Origin: Fimbriosthenelais zetlandica
Lineage: Eukaryota
DNA length: 64,000 nucleotides
Assembly (NCBI GenBank): GCA_977030845.1
Contig: OZ365116.1
Location: 14,136,001-14,200,000 of the forward strand
Direction: 5' to 3'
Below, piece after piece: positions 25,508-37,800 of the stretch. Made by a program: the position numbers and the translations under genes. The number at the start of each line of letters is the position of its first letter. Position 1 is the stretch's first letter. The notes beneath the pieces are model-generated. The model was not told the origin of the DNA and searched no databases. It saw nothing but the letters and a program-made list of their open reading frames with translations.

Positions 25508-26766
25508 CTGAAAACAGCAACACCCACTTTATTACTAATAGTTCTAGTTTTCTACAAAATTTTCTGTGTCTACAAAATTGGTACAGGACTGCCGAAGGCA
25601 GGCAGGGACTGATAGAACTTTTATTTCCTGAGCGAGAATCAATACGAAGGAGTTAAAATAAAACCATTCTCATATGTTGTGCTGAAACATTCCAAGACTG
25701 AGTTAATTGCCATCCCTCTCTGTACCTGAGGCTCACGTTCAACCACAGATGCACTCACGTTTACACAATTATCCTGCTTCCTTACCTCACATCAGACCCC
25801 AGCTACAGACAGTGACATCCAGTACACCCAGGGGGAACTCACTCACATACATCTGCCAGGGATTGGCAACATTCCCTACCATCTTCTTACTTGATAAAAC
25901 ACTAAAGCTATAAAGACTACCTGTGGTCTAATGCCGGTGGTATGTGAGCATGGCTATTACCAGCTCGTGACTGAACACAAACTACAGATTGTTTCATCAG
26001 CGTCATGGTTGTTAAGTGATACCGAGCGTACCGAGTCACTCCCCAGAGAACGCCGCCATCAGATCCCCGCAATATGAGCAGCTCATTAAATGCCCAGAGA
26101 AGTGGCAATCAGGCCTCGGACTCTATCAGTTACTCCACTTCTACAGTGAACAGTTTAACAACCTTTCTTCTCATCCCACTCCACATCATTAAGGCAAATT
26201 GTACATAGGTAGACACTGGTGCCTTCCAAGATGCTCCCTGACTAATGCCTCATTGAAAGCCATCAAAAACTAACCTTCTCTAATTGCGGCGATAAAATCT
26301 GAAAGGATGGCCTCATAAAAATGGTAACAGAGGCATGTCATCAACACCATCTAATTTGAGAAGGTGTTTTAACGACGTAATCAGTGATTTATCGTATAAT
26401 AAACCTCATCTAAGCTTAATATAGAGTCATAATGGATGTTAGCCCAGACTTCACTTCATAAAGATTTCATATTCTCGAAAGCAGATATGAAATTGCTTCG
26501 TTTCTCTAGCAAGAAGCTTCAGTTTCATTAACAGTGTGGTTTTCCTATGGGAATCGCTTACTAATTAATAAGAATAGTACAGATGCTCATCCCCTGGTCT
26601 TAAACGCTCAATACTTGAAGAACATTGGATTAAGTAACAATTTGTTGAGGCTTTAATATATCTAAGTGTAACCGCTGTCTACTCAAGGAAGATGACTCGA
26701 GCATCAGTCGTATGATTAAGGTTCTCCTAAGCTTGTTGTATGTATAATATGATTTGTAATATTTAC

Positions 26767-26917
26767 CTTCGTAGTCGAGGAGTAGTTGAGCAGCAGTAAG
26801 AATCTTGGCCCGGTCCTCGGGACTTTTGATACAGAGCTCGTCTAAATCCTCCTCCTCAATCTCACTAAACAACTCCAGTGAGTCGTAGCCGTGGACCAGA
26901 AAGACATTCTGCAGATG
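26767..26917 (-). CDS. SASH1: SASH1-like SAM-domain exon (HLQNVFLVHGYDSLELFSEIEEEDLDELCIKSPEDRAKILTAAQLLLDYE)
   Basis: Acceptor tctcttgtctcgttgccag and donor GAAG|gtaaat; phase 0 to 1. Clear match to the SASH1/SAMSN1-type SAM domain. Confidence 0.95.
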
Positions 26918-28083
26918 CTGGCAACGAGACAAGAGACATTAGTTAATGAACAGTCCAGCAAGAGGTAAAACACCGCTCTCAGTCATCATCAATTCAGCCT
27001 AATTGAGACCACAGCGGCCAAATCGGTCTCAGTCCATTACGGTAGCTTGCACTGGGGGATTTTTACCTACTGCTGTAACAGCGTTTAGTTATGTGTTATT
27101 CTTTTAAACTAGGCTTAAAAATGCCAGCTGATGAAATTGAATGGTGTGAACTGGAGCATGTGAAAAGTTTCAAGGATGATGATAATAAACGATGGAAGAG
27201 TTGCGTTGGAAATTGAATTGCTGGAGGGGATCGGAACAATACAGGAATGGATTTTTGATTTGAGAAATCTGGGAAAAACTTCAAGATGGTGGTTAGTGTG
27301 TGGAGAAGGGGAGGTAGGAGTGGAAGTAGTCGGGGGCAGTTTTGCTTGATGGAACAGCCTGCTCTGATGTAATGCATTTCAAGTTTAAATCACCTTTAGT
27401 CAGGCAACAATGTTAGTGGAATAAAAAAGGAGGAGTGTTTTTAGAGTTAATTAAATCTGGTTGGTAAGGGATGAGGAGTAGTTAATGTATGAAGGGGAGG
27501 AGGGGGACTCTAAGTAGGTTACTCCGCCAACCATGGGGACGACTTCAAATTCCCATTATAGGCACGCAAATTAGATTAGTCAGTGAATTATAAATCATTC
27601 TGGGATTTATAACATAAATCAATCATAGCGAGAGATACATAAAGAAAAATGGATAAAAACTGGTCCGTGTTTTTCAGGGCAATGCATAATGCATAATCCA
27701 TATATCAATGCACAGTGCATTATCGCTATAATACATTCAAATCTATTTTAAACCCTTCAACAAAACTTGGAGAGTGCAGTGGGACCTGTGTTTGAAGTTT
27801 AATATCTAAGTGAGACTTTAGTTTAATTTTCTCGAGTATTTCCTTTATCCGTGGACTACCTTGATGTAAGATTTAATGAAGGAAATAGTTTTAACACAAA
27901 TACCCACAGCTTACTGAAAAACTTCCCCCACTTAAAGATTTCTTTTAAAGTTCAGCCAGCCTTGCAAAATCCGAATCTGCAATTTGCAGAACCATTAAAA
28001 CAAGTCTCCAGAAAGCAGAAGGGCTGACAAAAACCCACTAAAATTCAAACACAATTCAAGTGGAAGGGAATTAAAAATGTCAC

Positions 28084-28356
28084 CTGTATGCCGAGTCTTG
28101 CCAGAAGTTCATCCACTGTTTTAGGTCGTGGGCGTTTGGAGCATTTTCTACCGGCCTTTTGTCTTCGAGGAGAGTAAACTGAACCGTCAGATTTTTGTCG
28201 GTGAGGCGAGTAGACCACACTGTCAGCATCGTGGCTGGCTTCTGACATGGTACTGGGACTACTGGCGAGGTGGCGAGGGCTACTTCCGGGTGTAAGAGAA
28301 TGCTTACAAGAGCAGGTCTCCTTCAGAATGATCGAATCACGCACATTCGGGTTTTT
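28084..28356 (-). CDS. SASH1: SASH1-like exon ending in the start of the SAM domain (KNPNVRDSII...KRPRPKTVDELLARLGIQ)
   Basis: Acceptor gtctttttgttgtag and donor CAG|gtgaca; 273 nt, phase 0-0. PKTVDELLARLGIQ matches SASH1 PKSVEDLLDRINLK. Confidence 0.88.
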
Positions 28357-28468
28357 CTACAACAAAAAGACATATCAATAAACTCTCAGAATGAAAATAA
28401 CAATAAACAGATTGTTATAAATATGTTTTTATGTAATGTAACTGTAAGCGACACATGAATGAACTTAC

Positions 28469-28546
28469 CATGACTGTGTCGTCAGTGTCGTCGTAGTCAG
28501 AAGACAAGCATTCCTCGCCAGCACTGTTTGTGTTATTTCTTGTCAG
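28469..28546 (-). CDS. SASH1: SASH1-like exon (LTRNNTNSAGEECLSSDYDDTDDTVM)
   Basis: Acceptor tttgacattttcag and donor ATG|gtaagt; 78 nt, phase 0-0. The acidic stretch is positionally like SASH1 SEDGDDEEP. Confidence 0.8.
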
Positions 28547-29402
28547 CTGAAAATGTCAAAGTGACGTTTGATAAGCATGAATCAAAAAGAGAATGACTGA
28601 TCCACCAAGATGAGGAATGAGCTATACTCACAAAAATCTCTTATCATTACTTGAAATCAACAGAGGAGGAATTAAGTGGAAGAGAATTTATCAAATCGTC
28701 TATCTTGATGACCAGCACAAAGTTAAAACTTGTAAAATTCTGCTTATAAATGTACAGTCAAATTGAGGGAACAGTAATTCTATCTCTCGTTTATCAAAAT
28801 GCCATGGAATTGAAATGCTGATTCTTCATAAATTGATGGCCAATAGATCCAGATCAGTCTCTCAGACTGACATTGAGATAACAACGCTTGCCCTACTAGA
28901 AGAAAATGCACTTCCCTTCATTATTTGTACCCAATGCTCTTATAACTTCGCTCAAATCCATCTTATAGAAGTTTTTCAATGCAAATTAAATTTTCTTGCT
29001 TTTTTCTTTTACAGTAAATCCCCCCTTTTGGACAGGACTTGCCAATGTTAATCCGTATTGATGAGGAATTTATTCGCTTCTCATTCTACATCTGACGAAG
29101 CACATAACACTTTCAAGACAGTCCATTCACACTTGGCAAAGACATTATCATGGATTTTACCACGGCAACACGATCAGACATAATCATCCACTAAAAGACA
29201 TTTCTTGTTCTCCTTTAAGTGACATGTTGAGTGTGGGGTGGGTGGGTGGAGGGGGGGGGGGGTATTGGCCATCAAGAACATTGTAATCAGCCAAGCGTGT
29301 TTCATCAACACCAACACCCACTTTTTTCAGAAAAATTCGCACATTCCCAAATACACTGTTCAACTATGATTGAGATGTATTAATATAATAATAATACTGT
29401 AC

Positions 29403-30457
29403 CTTGGTCACTTTATTTCCTGTCTTCCTTCCTGTCCGTCGCTCTGTCACTGGTGACACATCAGAGCCTACTGACATTGTAGATGAGCTTCCATATTTAC
29501 TGTCTTTAAAGTCCTCTGAGGCCGTACTATCTAGAGTGCCTGTAGGACTGGTATCCTCTATACCTATATCTGGACTGTCCCGGGCGTTCCCTCCACGCTC
29601 TCCTGACAAATCTGACCTTGTGTTTTCTTCATTCTTTCGACACACAACACAGTTCTCTATCCTGGGTGAAGTATCACAATGAGTGTGAGCTGAGGTGGTT
29701 TTATTGGCCAGTGATGAGCAACAGTTTTCACTGCCCCTTGTGGAGCAATTGCTCCTGCCTACATTCCTATTGTTCTCATTTAAACAAGGCCCACCAGGGG
29801 AGCAGGCCACCACCTTGGGGGCAGACTGGCTCTTGGAGCCTTTGTGGGCAGCTGAGCTGCATTTGTTCACATTGTCTGAGTTTTTTGAGACGTGGTTCTC
29901 ATCAGGACAGTCTGTGGCATGTACAGTGGCCACAGTGACAGTCTCAGTGACCATGGGATCACTAAAGGTGCTAAAAGTACTCCGACCTTTTAATTGGTCC
30001 CGTAAAGAATCCCCTGAACCAAAAGCCAATGAGCTACTATGGAGGATACCCCTATGACCTTTGACCCTATCGGCCTCACTAGCACCAAATGATCCCGAGG
30101 TTCTGAGTCCACCCACAGGAACACGACCTGGAACCTTAGAGTCTAACGATCCCTTCCTCTTAATGAAGGGTGAGCTAAATAAACCACGCCTCTGCTCTCG
30201 ACCATTGGGAGGAGAATGTTCTGATTTTGAGTCGTTTTTGATATATCGTCTAAGTAACATGGGTGAGATCCACTGACTGGGGGAATAGGACGCTACATGT
30301 GAGGGGTCAGAAATCTCGGTGTGTTTCTTTCGTAGTTTCATGTCGACCTTGAATCCCGGGAAGCCGGGGAAGTTTTCCTCCTCGGGTGAGATTTCTACTG
30401 GAGGTTCACAGTAGTCGGAGGAGGACTGGGCTAAATGGCGACCTTTCCTCGGAGAAT
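29403..30457 (-). CDS. SASH1: SASH1-like large disordered exon (DSPRKGRHLAQ...GSGDSLRDQLKGRST...GRKTGNKVTK)
   Basis: Acceptor gtgatttctattttcag and donor AAG|gtacag; 1055 nt open, phase 1 to 0. GSGDSLRDQLKG resembles the SLy-region motif GSVESLRSSLSG. Confidence 0.88.
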
Positions 30458-33216
30458 CTGAAAATAGAAATCACACATTGAAACAAGTGAAACATAGAAC
30501 AAAGATATTGAAACATAAAAGTAAAATAGACCTAAAAATTATGCGTGCCACGTCACTGATGTGGGTGTCACAACACTGAGACAGTGATTACTATTAGTAG
30601 GGAATACAATAACAATTTTACTATTGGTATTTAAGTGTAAGTTAAGAATTATAAATGGATAATCGGCAGAGCAATAACTATCGTCAGCGAATTAAACAGG
30701 ATTCCTCAAACAAAGAATTGTCATTAATGCATGCAGCATATATAGGAAGATGAAATTCTATTTTCATGAAACAAATTAATTCAGAAGGAGCTAGAATTTT
30801 AACTTGAATGAGATAAGGGGCTTGTTTTATCATCCATGGCCACAGTTCCCCCTCATCTTTAGAAGTCTGCATGAGTTCCCTCAGCACAACCATGAAAGAA
30901 ATATCCATAAATATGTTTGGGGACTTCTTCAAAAATCTTCACTGATATTCTCGCTATTCGCTTTGTGAGATCTCATAGTTGGTTTATCTGCTTTCCATGA
31001 TGAAAAGTGGTCAAAGGAGTTGCCCTTGGGGTGGGCTGTGTGAACTAGAGGGACAGAGCGGAGTGAAGGGAAGAGAAGCACCCCAGGGAACCCTCCCCCT
31101 GAAGTCCTTTTCAGCCCAAACCTCTACCCTTGGCTACTGCTATACTTCAAACACTCCCCTCCACATCCACTGTCAGAAGTTGGCCCCATATCTCTCTCTA
31201 TTTATTAATCAGTGCTGCACGTTTCTCCTTCACTGTTTATACTTTTTTAACATAGCTCACACAGACAACAACCCTCTGGCTTTTCAACATAATGTCACGA
31301 AAAGTTACTTTGCAAAAACTTATGTGAGTTCCAACATATTCTTGTGATAGGTTCTCTCGATATACATAGGAGTTTGACCATGGAAGTGAACATTTTAGGA
31401 AGGAGGTTTAAGGAATTCAAGGTTGCATCATGGCAAAGACCAAGTACTTTTACTATTCATCGAAAAGGCACCTGTCTGCAGAATATGTGGGGATATCGTA
31501 CACGTCTCAGCTTTGTTCACCAGTAGAGAACATTGCCATCGTAAGCTCGTTAAAACATTAATTCTTTAAGGCACAATTTCCTCTGGAGATTTGCAACTGA
31601 GGTTTTCTCCTTGCCAACTTTATATCCTATTGCTACCATTGTGGGGGATTATATGCCACTATTGTTGGTGGTAGGGAGACATTATCTCTAATCTGGAAGG
31701 CTGCCTTGTGAGTGGAAGGTGAGGAGGAGGGATGGGAGGAGAGGAAGATGGGAGGGAGGAGGGGGATTTTATTGATTTATGCTGGAAAGCTTTGTCTTTT
31801 GTGTTTATTGTCGAGGCATTAATACACTCTCCTTGCCTGCTGCACAATGCCTGCACACAAAGCCTCCGACTGAGATCTCCTGCAGTTTGCCATTCATCGC
31901 CATACTGCTCAACTCTCTCCAAGAAGGTAACGACAAAGATATGCAGATACAGAAAACTTCACTCACACATGGATCTACCAATATTACTTCTTTTTCTCTG
32001 CGTTCTAAGTCAGAAAGAAGTCATGAGCTAACTTTACAAATCAGATAGAAAGCGACTTTCCCCGAGTAAACTGATTCAGTGGTATCGATGTTCTCTGTAG
32101 ACAAGAGTCCTTCTAAGATCTCTCGAGTGGCAGCTGGCTTCAAGAACAACCCCCTCTCCCCAAGAAATGCCTCCACTGAATGTGGATTCTTCTTCCAAAA
32201 ATGTGTAATCTCTGAGGCTGGGAGTAACTCAGTGGGGGTGAGTGGTTGTTGCCTCTCTGACTAATGTAATTTCTGGTGGATGATACGAGGAAGGAACGAT
32301 TGGGGCGCTACATGCTGGCGACATGATAAAACTGACGTGCCAACTAATGATACGCTATGGGATGTGTTGGAGTACTTGCTAGGCCCATTAGTAACATGGC
32401 AAGTAGGCAATCGCCAGAAGGTGGAGGCAATGAGTGGGTGGGGCCTGGCTAGCAATGGGTGTGTTTAAAAAGCTCATCAATGGAATCTGCCTACAGTTGG
32501 TAAGAGGCTCCTTCAACACAGCAGCTGAGGCTTATTTTGGAAAGATGTGTCTGGTGGGATGGGCTTAATAAGTGATAGATATATATCCTATAGCTGAAGA
32601 GCGATATATATTTCTCAATCTTATAATGATTTGGTAGGGCAATGTAGTGATACAACCACTCTCAGAGTCTATGATTAACTATACGATTCGTATTGCATAA
32701 ATCTTTCAAATGTAAAAAGGATCAGGGGCCTCTTTCTAAAGGAATATTAGCAATGCTAAGTCTATGGCTACTATTCCCTTTGGAACAGTTTCCAGGACGA
32801 GGGTTTTGTTACCTAAAATTCTATTTACCCTGACTAGAAACAGAAGAAACTCTAAGCTCAAACATGTTCACATTTTGATTCACTGGAACTCATAAAAGGC
32901 ACTAGGACAAAAACACCCTCAAATAATATCGTCTAGCAGTCATTATCTCTTAATTCATGGACAATTTGATCAATTAAAACCCCGAGCACAACTCCTGAGA
33001 CATGAGAGGCATCAGGTTCCATGGTGGGCTGAAAAACCTCCTCTGATATTATATTATTGATTCAGGCAGCATTGCAGAAAGCTGAACATATTGCAGGATA
33101 ACTAAATAAAAGCCTTTCAATAACATAGAGAATTGATTTGTCCCTGCCCGCCTTGCAGGGGCCGACCAGTGCCTGTAATGGCATGGAATTAGCACAGGTC
33201 TGCAAGCCAAACTGAC

Positions 33217-33375
33217 GGCCAAAGAACCACATCTCAATACACGGATTCTGACTCAGATTTCCTCCGAGGCTTTTTTTGTCAGAAGTTTGGCGAGGAGGGG
33301 TGGTAGGAGGGGATTGGTTGTTTTGTTGTTGGTTGGTCTGGGTGTCGGATCTGGGCTTCTTTTCTAGAGCCGCAG
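33217..33375 (-). CDS. Possible cassette exon of the SASH1-like gene (AAALEKKPRSDTQTNQQQNNQSPPTTPPRQTSDKKSLGGNL...)
   Basis: Acceptor gtgcattatag, phase 1. Two weak phase-1 donors (exon end 33253 or 33217) both give symmetric exons. Low-complexity composition resembles the neighbouring exons. No homology support. Confidence 0.3.
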
Positions 33376-34651
33376 CTATAATGCACAACTCAATCTTGGA
33401 GGGCAAACAGTGTGGAAGATCCTGAGGGGAGAAGGTAGAGGTCTGTGAAGAGGAAGGGAAGGAGAAGGCAGAAGAAAGCTGGTGGGCCGTGTAGAGCGAG
33501 CACCAGTGGAATGTGGGAGATAATCATGTCTGATGTGTTATCACATCCCCCCATCACACACTGAATGGTGGCGTGCACACTGCGATAACTTTGACCATGC
33601 CTTTCTATGCCTTAATGACACTCTTCCTACGACACTTCAACCATGGACAAGGGATTAAGGCTTCACCAATGCATCCCACACTCTATTGCAACCCCAAATT
33701 AATCACACAGCGACTCAAAGCTTTAAATTCCAATCTAATATCCTCGGATTGAATAAATCTAATACACTATCTCTCTTCTCCATACATTATAAATAAATCT
33801 CATTATCAGGGATTGGGATTCGATATGTAATGATTTTACTTCAGTTCCACAATCCTATGTTGTTTAGGAAAGTAAATATGTCTGAGAGGAAGTCTAATAC
33901 CCTGTAGGTTCTGAAGTAGACTTGTGTAAGTATTGTAGTAAGAAATATTGCGAGGTTGTCCTCAGCAATAATTCATAAAAGCTGAGCTGCTATCAGCAAG
34001 GTCAGTCTGCCCGCCACAACCATGCATGCTATATCATCGAGCAAAAAATGATAGACATTACTTTGCTCGCTCAGTCTACATTATCCCCCACTAACTCTGC
34101 ATTAGAACATGAAATAAGAGCGAGGAGAGAATAAAAATGGCCACTGACGGGTAATCAAGACAGTTATATTGTCAAATCAATTCTGGTAAAGCGAGGCATT
34201 TGCCTGGGGAGGCCTGGCCCTTGAGGGTGGAAAGCATTCAAGGCACGGCCTTAAAACTCCAGCCCCGAGCAAGTGAAGAGTTGCTCATGGGTGAGAAAGG
34301 TGCTCATAGCTTCTGTGAATGGTGAAACAGACATAAGTTAGGTTTATGGGCAAAGTTAGCCTGTCTGTGGAGGTGAAAGTAAATCATGGCAAGATGGCCC
34401 CTAGTTCACGAGCCCAGTTAAAGCCGCGAGATTTACACACTATTACAGTGTTTATCTTAACATTATTTCACCTGCTCATACGGTTACGAGAAAACAAAAC
34501 ATAAAACAGAACTTTCTGAAGGAGGAGGTGTTTAGGGTGCAATGATCTGTTGCCTATATAAAATCTACCGCTCTATTACAGAGAATCAAGAAGCTGGAAG
34601 AAGAAGAAGTAAAAAGTCTTGGTGATGATAAAGAATTCATGTAGCACTGAC

Positions 34652-34877
34652 CTGAAGTTGAGAGGGACCGGTGCTTGGACGTCAGACCTTTGCTCCGTAA
34701 TCCAGGCAGCTTCAAGAGTGGAAGGGAGAAAGTGACCTTTTTGACCTTAGGACAGACTGGGCCAATGTTGTGATTGGTGTTTCTATGGTGAGGGGGTTTG
34801 ATACAAGGTGGCGCTGGTGATTGTAGTGAAGGTGATGATGAAGGTGAGGGTGGTAGTGCATCTACAGGCTGTGCATG
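34652..34877 (-). CDS. SASH1: SASH1-like exon, Pro/Ser-rich (HAQPVDALPPSPSSSPSLQSPAPP...KHRSLSTS)
   Basis: Polypyrimidine tract tttctttactttctgcatgaag (an alternative in-frame acceptor would start the exon at 34868) and donor TCAG|gtcagt. Phase 0 to 1 bridges exons 42064 and 30457 exactly. Confidence 0.7.
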
Positions 34878-37800
34878 CTTCATGCAGAAAGTAAAGAAAT
34901 AACCAAAAATCACAAAAAAAACTAAAACTAAACACACAAACAACATATTAAGTATATCACAAATAAAAGTTGGGAATTTCTACAGGATAGACAGTGGGTT
35001 CTAAGGATGGAGACTATTCATATAGTTTTCCGCTATAGTCGGTGCAATTACAGACTCAACTGAGGTAAGATTAGACGACATATGAGTCAAAGAAAAAAGA
35101 CTACATTCAGAGGAAATTGCAATATCCGAGATTATTCAGGTACTATGATGTGGCAAAAATCTCATGATGATAATAATTTGGCGCGGTCCATAATCTATTG
35201 GAAACTCTTCTCAGCAGGTAGACTCTATATTGGAGGTGTATCTAAGTAGAGAGGGAACCAATCTACAGAGAGTATATATATGTGGATCTGTGATAAGATT
35301 AGATGCTGTCAATGAGTGAGAATCCATCCAGCAGATGAGCCAGCTAGGGAAGACCTGGGGAGCCATTCACCCAGATTAAAAACAGATTGTGTCTTTTGGC
35401 ATGAGCTGTAATCCACCAGGATTTGTCCCCGTCGATCGATACAGATTACACCTCCTGAAAGCAATGGGATTTGCTGAGAAGGGTCTCTTCTTATTTTTCT
35501 AACTTTGCATTGACTAGTATCGCAATGTGGTGGGCGGTACGGGGGAAATCAATGAGTATCTTATTATGTATAGGGTCCTTAGTGAAGAGTTGGGTTTGTA
35601 GTGGCAATCAATGAATTCTAGTGGGTATTGGTGGCAGTTATCTTTGTTGGTAATCTCGGTGGGATAGTGTGTTATCAGGGCTCAGCTTGGGTGTTCTCAC
35701 TAGCTGGGGTATAACAATGAGGCTGATAATAATGGGCGACAGACAGTATGGGGGCTGGGTTGAGGTAGTGAGTCGACAGTCAATTAAGGCTAGATGAGAT
35801 GGGGAGGAGAAAAGATGGTGAGAAAGCTATGAGGAAGATGGCAAACAAATAGCAGAGGAATCGTTCTAGATATAAATCTGACAGTATGGATTCTATCTAG
35901 AACAAATCCGGAGTTTGAAAAGTATCAAAAGCCAAGTTTTGATATGAGCAGGATCCATCAGTAATCCAGCAGTTACTTGCTTTCTTTCTTGCTCACCTAT
36001 AAAACCTATCTGGTAATAGTCATCGGACATTACATTACCGGGCCTTACCTGGCCATAAAACTGTGTCTATTTTTATGTAACAAGAAGCCAAACGACCATA
36101 AGTTATTCTTCACATGTTGCCTAGTCATAACACCAGGGAAGACCAGGTAATGAAAGCTCAGTTTATGTCACCATTTTATTATCCAGGAGGCTATTATCAG
36201 AGACCAGTTACATCTGGTTCCATGGCCTCATCTAAACGATACCTGATCCTTCTTGCCATGTATACCAATGGAAGAACTTATCCATGGTCAGCCAGCCTGC
36301 CACATTCTATTCTGGCAACATGACTCCTCATTTAGACATGGTTGAGGAAATCAGGTTCTCATGTAACATGTCTTACAATGATACTTTATCATGCCCTCTC
36401 GCCATATTGTGTGTGCTAGCCAATATTCACTACCCCTCCAACAACCATCTCACTGAAAGACAGTATATGGTAAACAGTCATCCAATCTTACCATATCACA
36501 TTCAATGCACCAGCCAATATATATATATATCCCCTCTATGCTAATACCCCACTCAGATAATACAGGGGATTGTGACGTCAGAGCTGCGCAGACGACTTTA
36601 GTAAAATCAGACGACTTTTTGTCGGGGCACTCATCTCCTGTTTCCGTCTATGAGGCGTGGGATGATGGGGGAAAGTGTCGGTAAGAAAACAGCCCTGGGG
36701 AAGACTTGTGTAAGGGATGAAATCTAAAGTGAGGATGGAGGAAATTAAGATCGTTTAATGGTGGATCGGGAGCACATATGCTACTTTGAATTTGTCATTA
36801 ATTGCGCTTTGTTTTTGAAGATCCCAGGGGAGTCTGGCATGAAGGCCCATTTTCAAATTGACTAACATCCTCTGAAAGGCCGGGATCTCTCTGTAGGCCA
36901 GTTTACACAGTCTATCTCCAGTTCTGATGGATCTAATGAACCTCTCAGAAGGCTCAGGGCAAAAAAACAGTTCTAATTCTCCCTCTTCAGAAAATGGCAA
37001 TATCAATAAATACATCAATTGAGAGATAAGAAGATCACCCATTACCTAAGATGTCTTCACAGAAAGAGTAATCTTATCCCTGAGTCACAGGAGACCACTA
37101 GTCTATGTTACCCTCAGCTTCCCTTCCTCATCCTCCTCCTACCTCTTCCTCTTCCACTCAGTGCAGTAGCATTTGGAAGGAGCGCCATCAGAATACAGGA
37201 TCCCTGAAGGAATGCTGTGCCATTGTAAACGCTGAGGGAATGGGCTTGATTGGATTAGAAGGTTGTATTTATTGGGTTGGGCTGGTACCGGTGGGCCGTA
37301 TGCTAACAAGCAGGATACGGTCACGGCACCATTGTGGATTGTGCCATGCCAGGTTTGTGCTTGGGATAACAGAGGAAGATGGACCTGGCTTTAGGCCAGA
37401 TAACAAGAAGTGGGAGGAAGAGCGGGGGATGGGGAAAGCCCTTACAAATTAATGGCCTCGCCCAGCTTACGGGGTATGCAGGTTCTTGGTTCAAATCCTC
37501 AGGGTTATTCACAAGCCTCTGATTTTCCCATTTCCCATAGATTTGTTGCCATTATTATTCCACAGGGTTCTATAAAAGTCTATAGAATTCATTCTGGAGT
37601 TAAGTCAACATCTCTTTGATGGTAAATTTGTGTACACAAATCTAGAATCTACACATTATTCAAAATGGTCACGTCACAACAGACTGTCTGATCAAATTAG
37701 AGCCCTTTAACACTTACAACATAGGTTTTCAAGAGTGTTATTCAATGGAAGGACCGAGTCACATCCAAAATGACATACATCAACTGATAACCCACTCTAC

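Noticed and set aside
31930-32262. Coding-like minus-strand stretch (SERQQPLTP...LICKVSS*) considered as a retrotransposon remnant
   Set aside because: No RT, RNase H or integrase signature is recognisable; it would need a BLASTx/Dfam hit.
36755-37042. 95-aa minus-strand ORF considered as the missing SH3 or a retroelement fragment
   Set aside because: No SH3 or RT motifs and no fitting splice sites.
37489-37499. Second B-box-like GGTTCAAATCC
   Set aside because: No convincing A box or tRNA-like context upstream.
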